This document shows positions 1 through 10,377 of a DNA stretch of 64,000 bases, in pieces. The number at the start of each line of letters is the position of its first letter. Positions within the stretch are counted from its first letter, which is position 1. The notes under the pieces are model-generated. The model saw only the letters and a list, made by a program, of their open reading frames with translations, made no database searches and was not told where the DNA came from. The position numbers and the translations under genes were made by a program. The DNA comes from Eubacteriales bacterium (GTDB taxonomy: Bacteria; Bacillota; Clostridia; Oscillospirales; CAG-272): NCBI GenBank assembly GCA_045659905.1, contig JAZRCT010000012.1:47538-111537 (forward strand), in the 5' to 3' direction.

Positions 1-586
1 CGCTTTGGTCTTCCTTGCTGTGAGATACTATGATTACGAGCCTGCGGTCTGCTTCTGATTTGATTATCTCAATTACCTTTTCCCGAAGCTCGCCGTCAAG
101 CTCTTTGGTCGGTTCGTCTAAAATGAGTATATCGCTTCGTTTGAGAATAGCTCTTGCGAAGGAAATTCTTTGACGCATTCCGCCAGATAGCTCGCTTGGG
201 AATTTTGAAAGCTCGTCTTCCTTAAAATTAAGCTTAAGCAGAAGCTCTCTTGCGGCAGCTTCGTTTTCCTCTGTGCGGGCATCAAATGATATATCAAGCA
301 CGTTGTCAAGAGCCGAAAGAGTGGGGAATAGTCTGTGCTCCTGAAACATAAACGATATACTGCCATAAACCGATAATTCACCGGAGTATCTTTTGTCAAG
401 CCCTGCTATAATTCTCAAAAGCGTAGTCTTGCCCTTGCCGCTATTACCGACTATCGCATATATACCGCTTTTGGGAAATGTATAGCTGAAATTGCGGAAT
501 AAGACATTTTTTCCGAATGATTTAGTAACCTGGGTAAGCTTTATCGAATAAGAGCGGTTCTCGTATTTTTCTTTTAAATCACTCAT
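1..586 (-). CDS. ABC transporter ATP-binding protein (NitT/TauT/SsuB type), 3' end runs off window
   Basis: Translated by hand from ATG at 586 (ATGA overlap with permease stop): Walker A GNSGKGKT, signature LSGGMRQR, Walker B/D-loop LILDEPTKELD. Confidence 0.9.
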   Translation of the reverse strand, partial: MSDLKEKYENRSYSIKLTQVTKSFGKNVLFRNFSYTFPKSGIYAIVGNSGKGKTTLLRIIAGLDKRYSGELSVYGSISFMFQEHRLFPTLSALDNVLDISFDARTEENEAAARELLLKLNFKEDELSKFPSELSGGMRQRISFARAILKRSDILILDEPTKELDGELREKVIEIIKSEADRRLVIIVSHSKEDQS

Positions 587-1329
587 ATATGCTTACCCCT
601 TTGTGAAAGATATTTCAGCAATTTTTCAATAATCAGGCTCGATATGACGACTATTAACGTCCAAGCGAATAGTTTTCCGCTTTCGAAGTATGCCTTTGCG
701 AGGTATATCTCACGCCCGATTGAATTTGCAGTATACGATATAATCTCGGCTGCTATCCCCGATTTCCAGGATAATCCTGCGGAGGTTATAATTGACGGAA
801 TAAGATATTCTTTGAGAGTTGGATAAATCAGTATCCGAAGCTTCCTTTTGCCTTTTATTCCGTATATCTGGCAGACCTCGTTTAAGTCTTTTGCTACCGA
901 GGAAAAGCCGGTTTCCAGGTTTTGCCATATAATCGGCATTACCATAAGCACCGCTATTACAGTAGGCACGAAATCGCTGCCGACAATCAGCCATAATACC
1001 ATTATGAAGGACGCAACGGGAGTAGAGCGTATTACCGTAATCAGCGGCGAGAGTATTTCTCTTGTGTAGGGAATATAGTTTGTAAAGAGCGCAAGTGCTA
1101 TGCCGAGCAGTATACCTAAAACCAGTCCCAAGAGGATTCTGCCAAGTGATGAGAGCACCGTTAAATAGAAGCTTCCCTCGGTAAAAAGCATAACAAATTC
1201 AATAAAGGTTGCTTCTACCGTAGGCAGTATGAAATCAAAATTTATTGCTACGGCACAGATTTCCCAAACCGCAAGCAAAAGCCCGAAGCCGATAAGCCCG
1301 AAGAGATATTTTCTAGCTTTACTTTTCAT
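583..1329 (-). CDS. ABC transporter permease (SsuC/TauC-like)
   Basis: 248 aa, multiple TM segments, SSLGRILLG...RSTPVASF...SWKSGIAAE pattern; operon context. Confidence 0.9.
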   Translation of the reverse strand: MKSKARKYLFGLIGFGLLLAVWEICAVAINFDFILPTVEATFIEFVMLFTEGSFYLTVLSSLGRILLGLVLGILLGIALALFTNYIPYTREILSPLITVIRSTPVASFIMVLWLIVGSDFVPTVIAVLMVMPIIWQNLETGFSSVAKDLNEVCQIYGIKGKRKLRILIYPTLKEYLIPSIITSAGLSWKSGIAAEIISYTANSIGREIYLAKAYFESGKLFAWTLIVVISSLIIEKLLKYLSQRGKHI

Positions 1330-2257
1330 AGAAGAAACCGTCGCTTGGCACTTCCTGATTTATAGCCTTGTAGAATTCCTTGAGCGCAAGCTTCATTTCC
1401 TCGCCTTCGATAAATACGATTGAACCCTTAAGATTGTTAAGAGCACCTTTTGCTATGGGAAGCTTAGGAAGAATTCCTGCTGAAACTATAAGCGAAGCGC
1501 TTGCTTCAAGGTTTTTCTCGTCGGCAATAAAATCAACCGATGCCTTGTAGTCCTTAAGGAAGCGGTCAACAGCGCCCTTGTGCTCGGCAAGAAAATCGTT
1601 TCTGACTACGATGCAGCCCATAGTGAGCGCCGTATCAGATACCTTGCTCCATTCGGTAGATAGGTTAAGGCGTACCTTGTATTCGGTGTTGCCCATAAAG
1701 CCTGCCGTTACCTTAGGCTCGGGAAGCACTGCTATCGGCGCTCCGCCGGACTTTACCTTTGCAATAAGGGTGTCGTGGTCTTTTTCTACTATGATGTTTG
1801 CGGTTACGTTGTTCTTTTCGAGAAGATATTCAACGATAGGCTTGGTAGTAGAGCTTGCGACGCTCGTATAGATTGTCTTTCCGTCGAGCTCTTTTAAGCT
1901 TGTGACTGCATTTTCTTCGTCGGTGACGAGGTAGAGCGAGCCTAAGGTGTTAATTGCAATTACCGAGAGAAGGTCGCTTTTTTTCGTAGCGAGGGTTGCC
2001 GCAGTGTTAGTAGGGAGGCAGAGCATATTAAGCTTGCCTGAGGTGAGGTCAGCGACGCCAACCGTCGGGTCGGAATAGGTTTCGAAGGCGTAAAGCTCGC
2101 TGTCGCTTCCGCTATCGCTCATAAGCTTAGCCATACCCATACCCGTAGGTCCGTTCATAACGCCTACGGTGATTTTCGTGTTGTCGGTCGGGGCGCAGGA
2201 CGCAAGAAGCGTAAGCGTAAGCGCCATAAGAAGAACGAGAGATAAGATTTTTTTCAT
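1319..2257 (-). CDS. ABC transporter substrate-binding lipoprotein (NitT/TauT family)
   Basis: Lipobox LASC; GPTGMGMAKL and AVLPEP motifs typical of this clostridial family. Confidence 0.85.
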   Translation of the reverse strand: MKKILSLVLLMALTLTLLASCAPTDNTKITVGVMNGPTGMGMAKLMSDSGSDSELYAFETYSDPTVGVADLTSGKLNMLCLPTNTAATLATKKSDLLSVIAINTLGSLYLVTDEENAVTSLKELDGKTIYTSVASSTTKPIVEYLLEKNNVTANIIVEKDHDTLIAKVKSGGAPIAVLPEPKVTAGFMGNTEYKVRLNLSTEWSKVSDTALTMGCIVVRNDFLAEHKGAVDRFLKDYKASVDFIADEKNLEASASLIVSAGILPKLPIAKGALNNLKGSIVFIEGEEMKLALKEFYKAINQEVPSDGFFYEK

Positions 2258-2925
2258 TTTGATATCCTTTCTAACCCTTCAGGGTTTATAAAAATTATTT
2301 TTTTGGGTTCGGTTTTGATAATGCCTTTTTCTTCTAAAGAAGAAAGTATTCTGTAAAGCGAGGCTCTGCCTATATCGACCTCACGGGAAAGCGCAGCCAT
2401 ACTTATTGAAAATTCCCGGCCGTGGCGCTCGTATGCCTGAAATAGATAGGAGGCGAGCTTATCCTCTACGCATTTTGCAGAAAACGTCGCAAGTCTGCGG
2501 TTGAGAAATGCAACCTTTCCTGCAAGAAATCTGATTACCGAAAGCGAAATTTCCTTGTATTCGGAAATAAGAGCTTGCATTTCGTCGGCCTCGATAAAAA
2601 TTACCGAGGTCCTTTTTGATGCTACGATTTCGGTAGGGAATTCTGCGTTAGGGGTGAAAAGCGACAGTATTCCAAACGAGCCGTATTTGCCGATAGTATT
2701 TAAAGCTACCGTGTCGTCTGCGCCCCGTCGTCTTCTAACCTTGCATTCGCCCGATATGACGAAGCCTATACGCTTTTCGTAATGCTCCTTGTTGAATATT
2801 ATCTCATCTTTTTCGAATGACTGCTGACAGAATTTAATTTTCTCTCGGATTTCGAATAAGTCCTCGTCGGCAAGTCCCGAAAAGATAAAGAGATTTTTCA
2901 GCACCTCAAAGTCATTGTTTTTCAT
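2254..2925 (-). CDS. Crp/Fnr family transcriptional regulator
   Basis: cNMP-binding beta-roll (IGFVISGEC, GSFG) plus C-terminal HTH (IGRASLYRILSSL); ATG at 2925 follows GGGGG RBS. Confidence 0.9.
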   Translation of the reverse strand: MKNNDFEVLKNLFIFSGLADEDLFEIREKIKFCQQSFEKDEIIFNKEHYEKRIGFVISGECKVRRRRGADDTVALNTIGKYGSFGILSLFTPNAEFPTEIVASKRTSVIFIEADEMQALISEYKEISLSVIRFLAGKVAFLNRRLATFSAKCVEDKLASYLFQAYERHGREFSISMAALSREVDIGRASLYRILSSLEEKGIIKTEPKKIIFINPEGLERISK

Positions 2926-2940
2926 ATACACCCCCAAAAG

Positions 2941-2986
2941 TGTATCATTTGATACAGATTATAAGATATATTTCGTTGTTTGTCAA
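2941..2986 (-). promoter_or_regulatory. sigma-A promoter with Crp/Fnr-type palindromic operator
   Basis: TTGACA(2986-2981)-17 bp-TATAAT(2963-2958); palindrome TGTATCA-TT-TGATACA at 2941-2956 just downstream of -10. Confidence 0.75.
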
Positions 2987-3177
2987 TGGGTTTTGGAAAA
3001 AATCTATCATTTTTTGGTGCGTTTTGGTAAATTTGCAGTTTGTGTGTGTATTGAATAGGAAAATATTAAAAAAAAGCAAAAAAGGATTGCAAAAGATGCA
3101 TATATATGCTATAATAGCTTTGTTATATAGTTTTTATTGCGTGAAAATCTACGCTGTGACATATATTGAGGTAAAAA

Positions 3178-4059
3178 ATGAACTTCCTTTTAACAACACA
3201 ATCGCCGTCACTCGGTGATATGATTTTAAATTTTTTCAGCGCAGTCGGTAAGGCGTTTTCGTCTTTTACGCCTTTTGACGCTATCGATATAATATTCCTT
3301 TCGGTATTTTTCTTCTTCATACTAAAATTCTTTAAGGGAAGAAGAGCGGGGGCGCTGCTAATCGGTATCGGAGTCTGCCTTGCGATACTCATTCTTTCGT
3401 ACGCCTTTAATCTTGAGGGCACGAATTTCATCTTTAAAGGAATTTTTGAGATAGGAGCACTCGCTCTCGTAATCATATTCCAGCCCGAAATCCGTGAGGT
3501 ATTGCAGAAGGTTGGCTCAGGCCCTATCAACGGAATTCTGAGCTTTGCAGACCAGAAGCGTAAGAAGAAGCAGATGTATTACCGTTCGATTGACGCAATC
3601 TGCACGGCTGTCAGCGACCTTTCGAGGACCAAGACAGGAGCGCTCATAGTAATTACCCGCACGACGAAGCTTGAGGAGATTATACAGACGGGTATTACCA
3701 TAAACGCTGACGTAAATTCATTCCTTATCCGTAATTTGTTCTTCAACAAAGCGCCGCTTCACGACGGAGCGGTCGTTATTGACGAATCTCAGATAATAGC
3801 AGCAGGCTGTCTTCTTCCTCTTACGAGGAGACAGGGAATAGACGGCGACCTCGGTACACGTCACAGAGCCGCTATCGGTATGAGCGAGACGAGTGATGCG
3901 ATTATTATCGTCGTATCCGAGGAGACGGGTATTATTTCGGTTGCCTTCGATTGCACACTTACCAGAAATTTCACTCCCGATAGCTTAAGAAATCTTTTGC
4001 TTAAGAAATGGGTAAGGGAAAATATCGATATCGGCAACGAGCAAACGGAGGGCAAATAA
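3178..4059 (+). CDS. cdaA: Diadenylate cyclase CdaA/DacA
   Basis: Three N-terminal TM helices, IIFQPEIR, catalytic PLHDGA and GTRHRAA motifs. Confidence 0.95.
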   Translation: MNFLLTTQSPSLGDMILNFFSAVGKAFSSFTPFDAIDIIFLSVFFFFILKFFKGRRAGALLIGIGVCLAILILSYAFNLEGTNFIFKGIFEIGALALVIIFQPEIREVLQKVGSGPINGILSFADQKRKKKQMYYRSIDAICTAVSDLSRTKTGALIVITRTTKLEEIIQTGITINADVNSFLIRNLFFNKAPLHDGAVVIDESQIIAAGCLLPLTRRQGIDGDLGTRHRAAIGMSETSDAIIIVVSEETGIISVAFDCTLTRNFTPDSLRNLLLKKWVRENIDIGNEQTEGK

Positions 4060-4170
4060 ATGCTAAATAAAAAAATTTTCGGCATAAAGCTCAGCACCTA
4101 TCTTTCTGCACTCGGCTGCTTAGCTCTTGCCATAGTAGTCTGGGTAATCGTGAAGATGCCCGCATACTGA
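4060..4170 (+). CDS. 36-aa membrane microprotein resembling the N-terminal TM anchor of CdaR/YbbR
   Basis: MLNKKIFGIKLSTYLSALGCLALAIVVWVIVKMPAY; ATG directly after cdaA stop, GGAGGG RBS at 4047-4052; below ORF-track cutoff. Confidence 0.7.
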   Translation: MLNKKIFGIKLSTYLSALGCLALAIVVWVIVKMPAY

Positions 4171-4223
4171 TTTATCTTTTAAAAAGCAGCATCAAATTTT
4201 GATTTTTAAGACTCGGAGGAGTA

Positions 4224-5846
4224 ATGAAGCCGACTAAGCGTATACTGATAATAGGCAATATCAAATTACCGCTTGACGCCTCTTTCAAAGAGGCGTTTTC
4301 GGTTGCGCAAAAAAGGCTTAAGGGCTTGCACGCTTTACCCTCCGATATATCATACTCAATACATAAGAGAAGCGTTGATGCAAGGCGAAGGGACTCTGTT
4401 ATTTTTGTATATTCCGTGCTGTGCGAGGGAAGCTTTCCTGAAATTTCCGAGGACAGGCTAAGGGAAATTAGCGCCCTTTGGCTGAAGGAGGAGAGACCTA
4501 CCGTTGAATTTGGCATCGACAAGCTTACCGACCGTCCCGTCGTGGTAGGCACAGGACCTTGCGGGCTTTTTTGTGCGCTTTTGCTTGCTGAGAACGGATA
4601 CCGTCCTTTGATACTTGAGCGTGGCGGAGATATTGCAAGCCGCAGCCGTGCCGTATTGGAATTTAACAGCGGAAGAATTCTTGATACCGAAAATAATATT
4701 CAGTTCGGTCTTGGCGGTGCAGGTACGTTTTCTGACGGAAAGCTGATAACAAGAATCAACGACCCGTATATAGGCTTTCTGCTTGATACCTTCGTTGAAT
4801 TTGGAGCACCTGCCGATATCAGGGTAAACGCAAAGCCGCATATCGGTACGGATATTCTTGCTAAGGTTGTCACCGCAATGGCGGACAGAATTACCTCGCT
4901 TGGCGGTGAAATAAGATACAATACTAAGTTTCTCTCAGCGCAAAGCCGTGAGGGCAGGGTATACGGCGTAAGAACCGACAAGGGAGATATTCCTGCGGGT
5001 GCGCTCGTTCTTGCGGTCGGACACAGTGCGAGAGATACCTACGAATCGCTTATTTCAAGCGGAATTGAAATTATCCCCAAGAGCTTTTCGGTAGGTATGC
5101 GTATAGAGCATCTCGCAAAAGAGATTGACGAAGCTATGTACGGCAAATTTGCGGGGCATCCGTCGCTCGGTCACGCCGAATACGCCCTATCGCATAACAC
5201 TAAGCAGAGAGGCGCTTATACCTTTTGTATGTGTCCCGGCGGTGAGGTTGTAGCGGCGGCAAGCGAGGAATACGGCGTAGTAGTCAACGGTATGAGCAAC
5301 AGTAAAAGAGACGGAGTTAATTCCAATAGCGCTGTCGTTGTATCGGTTTTCCCCGAGGATTACGGCAGCACCCCGAAATCGGCAATAGAATTTCAAAGAA
5401 AAATCGAGCGTGGGGCTTATAGGTCGGCAGGCTCGGATTACAGTGCGCCTATCGTTACGGTAGGTGATTTTATGGCTCGCAGCCTTGCGCACGAGCCGGG
5501 CAGAGTTATGCCCACTTATATGCAGGGAAGAGCCAATAAAATATGTATGCCCGACGAATACCTGCCCGGGTTCGTGTGTGACGGAATTCGCTCGGCATTA
5601 GTCGATTTTGATAGAAAAATAAAAGGCTTTTCAGCTGATTACGCAATACTCAGCGGAGCTGAAACCCGAACCAGCTCTCCTGTCAGAATACTGAGGGATA
5701 ACGCTACCCGACTTGCGGTAGGCTATGAGAATTTTTACCCTGCCGGTGAGGGCGCAGGATACGCAGGAGGCATAAGCAGCGCAGGCGTAGACGGCATAAA
5801 GGTAGCGCTCTCGCTTATGAAAAAATACAAGCCAATCGAGCTTTGA
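4224..5846 (+). CDS. FAD-dependent oxidoreductase (uncharacterised, COG2509-like)
   Basis: GTGPCG Rossmann motif, GAGTFSDGKL, FCMCPGG, GEGAGYAGGI motifs. Confidence 0.85.
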   Translation: MKPTKRILIIGNIKLPLDASFKEAFSVAQKRLKGLHALPSDISYSIHKRSVDARRRDSVIFVYSVLCEGSFPEISEDRLREISALWLKEERPTVEFGIDKLTDRPVVVGTGPCGLFCALLLAENGYRPLILERGGDIASRSRAVLEFNSGRILDTENNIQFGLGGAGTFSDGKLITRINDPYIGFLLDTFVEFGAPADIRVNAKPHIGTDILAKVVTAMADRITSLGGEIRYNTKFLSAQSREGRVYGVRTDKGDIPAGALVLAVGHSARDTYESLISSGIEIIPKSFSVGMRIEHLAKEIDEAMYGKFAGHPSLGHAEYALSHNTKQRGAYTFCMCPGGEVVAAASEEYGVVVNGMSNSKRDGVNSNSAVVVSVFPEDYGSTPKSAIEFQRKIERGAYRSAGSDYSAPIVTVGDFMARSLAHEPGRVMPTYMQGRANKICMPDEYLPGFVCDGIRSALVDFDRKIKGFSADYAILSGAETRTSSPVRILRDNATRLAVGYENFYPAGEGAGYAGGISSAGVDGIKVALSLMKKYKPIEL

Positions 5847-5962
5847 TAAGGTGGTAATATACCTTGCAGCTTGAGTTTCAATGCCTATGGCTTTGATTGA
5901 ATTGGCTTCTTGAAGTAGTTATTAAATTGGAAGGCGGGAGTTTTCCCGACTGGTTAAAATAA

Positions 5963-8149
5963 ATGAATAAATCGATCAAGACAAAGGAGAAAAAGTGGAT
6001 TGTAAAATCGGACGCAACCAGAGAAGAGCTTCAGGCTTGCGAAAATATTGCGTCTGCGCTCGGCATAAATCCCATTATAGCAAGACTTCTTTACAACAGA
6101 GGCTATAAGGATGCCCTCAGTGCAAAATCCTTTCTTTATATGGAGAGCGAGGTTTTATCAGATCCTTATTTGCTTAAGGATATAAGACCTGCGGCAGAGA
6201 GAATAATCAAGGCGCTCGGCAAGGGTGAAAAAATCACCGTTTACGGCGACTACGACGTAGACGGAGTTACCGCCGTATGCACGATTTACCTCTATCTGAA
6301 ATCCAAAGGGGCAAATATAGATTATTATATTCCCAACAGAGCAGGCGAGGGGTACGGAGTATCCGTAGGAGCGATAGATACGCTTTATGAAGGCGGCACA
6401 AGGCTTATCGTCACGGTCGACACGGGTATTACCGCAGACAAAGAGGTGGAGTACGCCAAGACCAAGGGTATTGATTTCGTTATCACCGACCACCACGAGC
6501 AGAGGCAGACGCTTCCCGAAGCGTGTGCGGTAGTCAATCCTCACAGACCTGACTGTGAGTCAAGCTTCAAGGAGCTTGCGGGCGTAGGCGTGGTTTTCAA
6601 GCTTATATGCGTTATCGAGGCTATGCTCAGCGGTGAAAGAATGAGTCAGGTAACTTATAATATACTTAAGTCCTATTCCGACCTTATCGCAATCGGTACT
6701 ATTGCCGACGTTATGCCGATAAAGCAGGAAAACCGTCTTATAGTAAGGCACGGTCTGTCGCTTGTTGAAAATACGAGAAGAAAGGGACTTTCGGCTCTTA
6801 TCGAGGCTTCAATGGGCGGAGGCGACCAGAATAAGGCGCAGAGAAGGAAGAAGCCGAAAATCACCTCAGGGTACATAGGCTATACCCTTGCGCCGAGAAT
6901 CAATGCAGCGGGTAGAATCAGAAGCGCATCGGTAGCCGTCGAGCTTTTCCTTTGTGACGATTATAAAAACGCCGAGGCGATTGCCGAGGAGCTTTGCTCG
7001 GCAAATAAGGAAAGGCAGAACGAAGAAAATAAAATAATGACCGAAGCCTACCGTATGATAGAGGAAAACGGATACGATAAAATGCCGGTAATCGTGCTTG
7101 ATGCCGACAATTGGCATCACGGAGTTATAGGTATAGTTTCGTCGAGAATTACCGAAAAATTTTCTAAGCCCTCAATACTGGTTTCCTTTGAAGGAAATCC
7201 CACGAAGGAGAGACTTTCTGACGATGTGGGTAAGGGCTCGGGCAGAAGCGTAAAGGGAATGAACCTTGTTGACGCACTGTGCGCCTGCAAGGATTTGCTT
7301 CTTAAATTCGGCGGTCACGAGCTTGCTGCGGGACTCTCGGTCACAAGAGAGAATTTACCGCTTTTCAGAGAGGCTATAAATAAATATGCCGAAAGCACGC
7401 TCACCGAGGAGGATTTAATACCGTCGGTAAGTGCGGATATGGAGCTTTCGGGCGATGATATTGATATGGGGCTTGCCGAGCAAATAAGAATGCTTGAGCC
7501 ATTCGGCGTAGGAAATCCAACGCCCGCATTCGTTATAAGAGAGTCAGTAGTTTCGGATATTTCCGGCGTCAGCGACGGAAAGCATACGAGGCTCGCTTTA
7601 GCCTCAGGTAAGCGTGTTTTGCCTGCTATGTATTTCTCGGTATCTCCCGATTCGCTTGGCATTTCCGTGGGAGATAAGATAGATGCTTTGTTCAATATTG
7701 ATATCAACGAGTATAATGGCAGACGGAATACCCAGCTTCTTATCAGGGACTTAAAGAAGGTTAATCCCGGCGATACCAAAAGAGACCGTGAAATAGCTAG
7801 ATTCAAGGAAATATGGTCAGGCGGCGGTTTTTCGTTCAGCGAGGGAGTTTACCCGTCACGCTCCGATTTTATTACGGTGTATAGATATATCGTTTCTAAG
7901 ATACGGGACGGTCAGGGCGGACTTACCGTAGATAAAATCCTGGATGATTTTTCGGATATGACCGAATGTGCCGATATCGGATATATCAAGCTCAGGGTTA
8001 TCATTAAAGTAATGCAGGAAATGAACATTATAGGCATTGAGGAGCTGTCAAGCGGGGAATATATGTTTACGGAATACCGTAAAAAGGAGAAATCCGACCT
8101 CGGAAAATCCCATCTTTTAAGGAAGCTTCGGGGACAGCAATACGATTAA
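5963..8149 (+). CDS. recJ: ssDNA exonuclease RecJ
   Basis: YGDYDVDG, TDHH, GTIADVMP, PRINAAGR, FGGHELAAG motifs. Confidence 0.97.
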   Translation: MNKSIKTKEKKWIVKSDATREELQACENIASALGINPIIARLLYNRGYKDALSAKSFLYMESEVLSDPYLLKDIRPAAERIIKALGKGEKITVYGDYDVDGVTAVCTIYLYLKSKGANIDYYIPNRAGEGYGVSVGAIDTLYEGGTRLIVTVDTGITADKEVEYAKTKGIDFVITDHHEQRQTLPEACAVVNPHRPDCESSFKELAGVGVVFKLICVIEAMLSGERMSQVTYNILKSYSDLIAIGTIADVMPIKQENRLIVRHGLSLVENTRRKGLSALIEASMGGGDQNKAQRRKKPKITSGYIGYTLAPRINAAGRIRSASVAVELFLCDDYKNAEAIAEELCSANKERQNEENKIMTEAYRMIEENGYDKMPVIVLDADNWHHGVIGIVSSRITEKFSKPSILVSFEGNPTKERLSDDVGKGSGRSVKGMNLVDALCACKDLLLKFGGHELAAGLSVTRENLPLFREAINKYAESTLTEEDLIPSVSADMELSGDDIDMGLAEQIRMLEPFGVGNPTPAFVIRESVVSDISGVSDGKHTRLALASGKRVLPAMYFSVSPDSLGISVGDKIDALFNIDINEYNGRRNTQLLIRDLKKVNPGDTKRDREIARFKEIWSGGGFSFSEGVYPSRSDFITVYRYIVSKIRDGQGGLTVDKILDDFSDMTECADIGYIKLRVIIKVMQEMNIIGIEELSSGEYMFTEYRKKEKSDLGKSHLLRKLRGQQYD

Positions 8150-8163
8150 ATCGGGGATTTAAT

Positions 8164-10374
8164 ATGAATTCAGAACTTACACCTCTCATTGAGGTTATAA
8201 AAAGCAACGACAGGAGCTATGATTACGATAAAATAAGCCGCTCCTACGAATATGCCAAGAAAATGCACGAGGGGCAATTCCGTCTCTCGGGAGAGCCGTA
8301 TATAAGCCACCCCATTTCGGTAGCCACAATTGTAGCTGAGCTTGGCTTGGATACGGATTCGATATGCGCAGCGCTGCTTCACGACACCGTTGAGGACTGC
8401 GCTGATAAAACCGACCTTGAGACCTTGTCTAAGCTTTTCGGCGCTGACGTCGCTATGCTGGTTGACGGTATGACAAAGATTATTCAGGTTGAGATTGCCG
8501 ATAAGGAAGAAGCGCATATTGAGAACATAAGAAAAATGCTTCTCGCTATGCACAAGGACATAAGAGTAATCTTCATAAAGCTCTGTGACAGGCTTCATAA
8601 TATGCGTACCCTTTCTGCAAAGAAGGAGGAACGCCAGCGTCAGATTGCGCTTGAGACTATGCATATCTACGCACCCCTTGCGCACAGATTAGGTATTCAG
8701 AAAATAAAGCAAGAGCTTGAAAATTTAAGCCTTTACTATCTCGATAGCGTAGGTTATTCCGAGGTCGAGAGCTGTATTGAAAAGAAATTCGGACAGAATA
8801 GAGATTTTCTCGACGAGGCAAAAAAGGTTCTTTCGGATAAGCTTAAAGAAAACAATATAAATTTCGAGCTTGAGGGAAGAATCAAGTCGGTATACAGCCT
8901 TTATAGGAAAATGTACACTCAGGGGCGTGCCTTTGAGGAGATTTACGACTTTTATGCGGTACGAGTTATCGTAGATAACGAGCTTGAATGCTATACAGCC
9001 TTAGGTCTTGTGCACGAAATGTTTAAATCCGTGCCCGGAAGATTCAAGGATTATATTTCCACCCCTAAGCCAAACCTCTACCGTTCCTTACACACGACGG
9101 TTATCGGCAACAGCGGTACGCCCTTTGAGGTGCAGATAAGGACTAGGCAGATGCACGAGGAGGCGGAATACGGTATTGCGGCGCATTGGAAGTATAAGAC
9201 AGGGCAGAAGTCGGCAGGAGCTATCGACGAGAAGCTCAGGTGGATTTCACAGCTGCTTGAGTCGGACGAAAACACCCGAGACCCTGACGAGCTGATACAT
9301 TCCTTTAAGACCGATATATTCCACGACGAAACCTTCGTATTTACACCGAAGGGCGACGTCCTTTCGCTCCCATTTGGCTCTACTACGATAGATTTTGCTT
9401 ATGCAATACATTCCGCAGTAGGCAATAAGATGGTCGGAGCAAAGATTAACGGAGTTATAGTTCCTATTGATAAAATCCCGAATAACGGCGATATTATCGA
9501 AATTATCACCTCTCAATCCTCTAAAGGCCCAAGCCGTGATTGGCTTAAAATAGTCAAGACGGGAGCCGCAAGGAGTAAAATCCGCCAATGGTTCAAGAAA
9601 GAGAAGAGAGCGGAGAATATTCAGTACGGTAAGAGCGAAATCAAGAAGGAAATCCGAAAGATAGGCAAGGATTTTACCGAGGAGGAAATAGGCGAGGTAA
9701 TTCTTACTCTTGCCAAGAGAATCGGAATATCCGATGCTGACGATTTTTACAATACTATCGGCTTTGGCGGACTTTCAATTTCGAGATTTTTGCCTAAAAT
9801 GCGTGAGGAATTTGAGAAAATTCTTGAAGCACGTGAGCCTGCTCGCTCGCCTGAGGAGCAGATTTCAAGGCTTAACATCGTCAAGCCCGTTAAGACTAAC
9901 GGAAACGGCGGCGTAATAATCGACGGTGAGCGAGGCTGTACTGTAAAATTTGCAAGGTGCTGCAATCCATTGCCCGGCGACAGAATTGTCGGCTTCGTTA
10001 CCCGCGGATACGGAGTATCCGTGCATAAGTCAGACTGTCCTAACGTTACTATTTCAAGGGGCAATGAAGAGAATCTTTCAAGGTGGGTTAAGGCGGAATG
10101 GGATATTCCCGAGCAGAGTATTGCTACCGCTACCTACGAGGCAGGCTTACAGCTGCTTGTATCCGACGGCATCGGCGTTATTGCATCTATATCTATGGCA
10201 CTTGCCGATATGAAGGTGTCTATAAATTCGGTTAACACACAGCTTACCAAGAACGGAGAAATGCTCGTAAACCTTGTAATAGGCTGTAAAAACACCTCGC
10301 ATTTTGATGCCATTATGTCAAGACTTCGCTCGCTTTCGTCTGTAATTTCGGTGTCGAGAGGTTTTGGAGGCTGA
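8164..10374 (+). CDS. relA: Bifunctional (p)ppGpp synthetase/hydrolase Rel
   Basis: LHDTVED HD domain, RFKDYI/YRSLHT/EVQIRT synthetase, TGS, CC and ACT domains. Confidence 0.97.
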   Translation: MNSELTPLIEVIKSNDRSYDYDKISRSYEYAKKMHEGQFRLSGEPYISHPISVATIVAELGLDTDSICAALLHDTVEDCADKTDLETLSKLFGADVAMLVDGMTKIIQVEIADKEEAHIENIRKMLLAMHKDIRVIFIKLCDRLHNMRTLSAKKEERQRQIALETMHIYAPLAHRLGIQKIKQELENLSLYYLDSVGYSEVESCIEKKFGQNRDFLDEAKKVLSDKLKENNINFELEGRIKSVYSLYRKMYTQGRAFEEIYDFYAVRVIVDNELECYTALGLVHEMFKSVPGRFKDYISTPKPNLYRSLHTTVIGNSGTPFEVQIRTRQMHEEAEYGIAAHWKYKTGQKSAGAIDEKLRWISQLLESDENTRDPDELIHSFKTDIFHDETFVFTPKGDVLSLPFGSTTIDFAYAIHSAVGNKMVGAKINGVIVPIDKIPNNGDIIEIITSQSSKGPSRDWLKIVKTGAARSKIRQWFKKEKRAENIQYGKSEIKKEIRKIGKDFTEEEIGEVILTLAKRIGISDADDFYNTIGFGGLSISRFLPKMREEFEKILEAREPARSPEEQISRLNIVKPVKTNGNGGVIIDGERGCTVKFARCCNPLPGDRIVGFVTRGYGVSVHKSDCPNVTISRGNEENLSRWVKAEWDIPEQSIATATYEAGLQLLVSDGIGVIASISMALADMKVSINSVNTQLTKNGEMLVNLVIGCKNTSHFDAIMSRLRSLSSVISVSRGFGG

Positions 10375-10377
10375 TTT

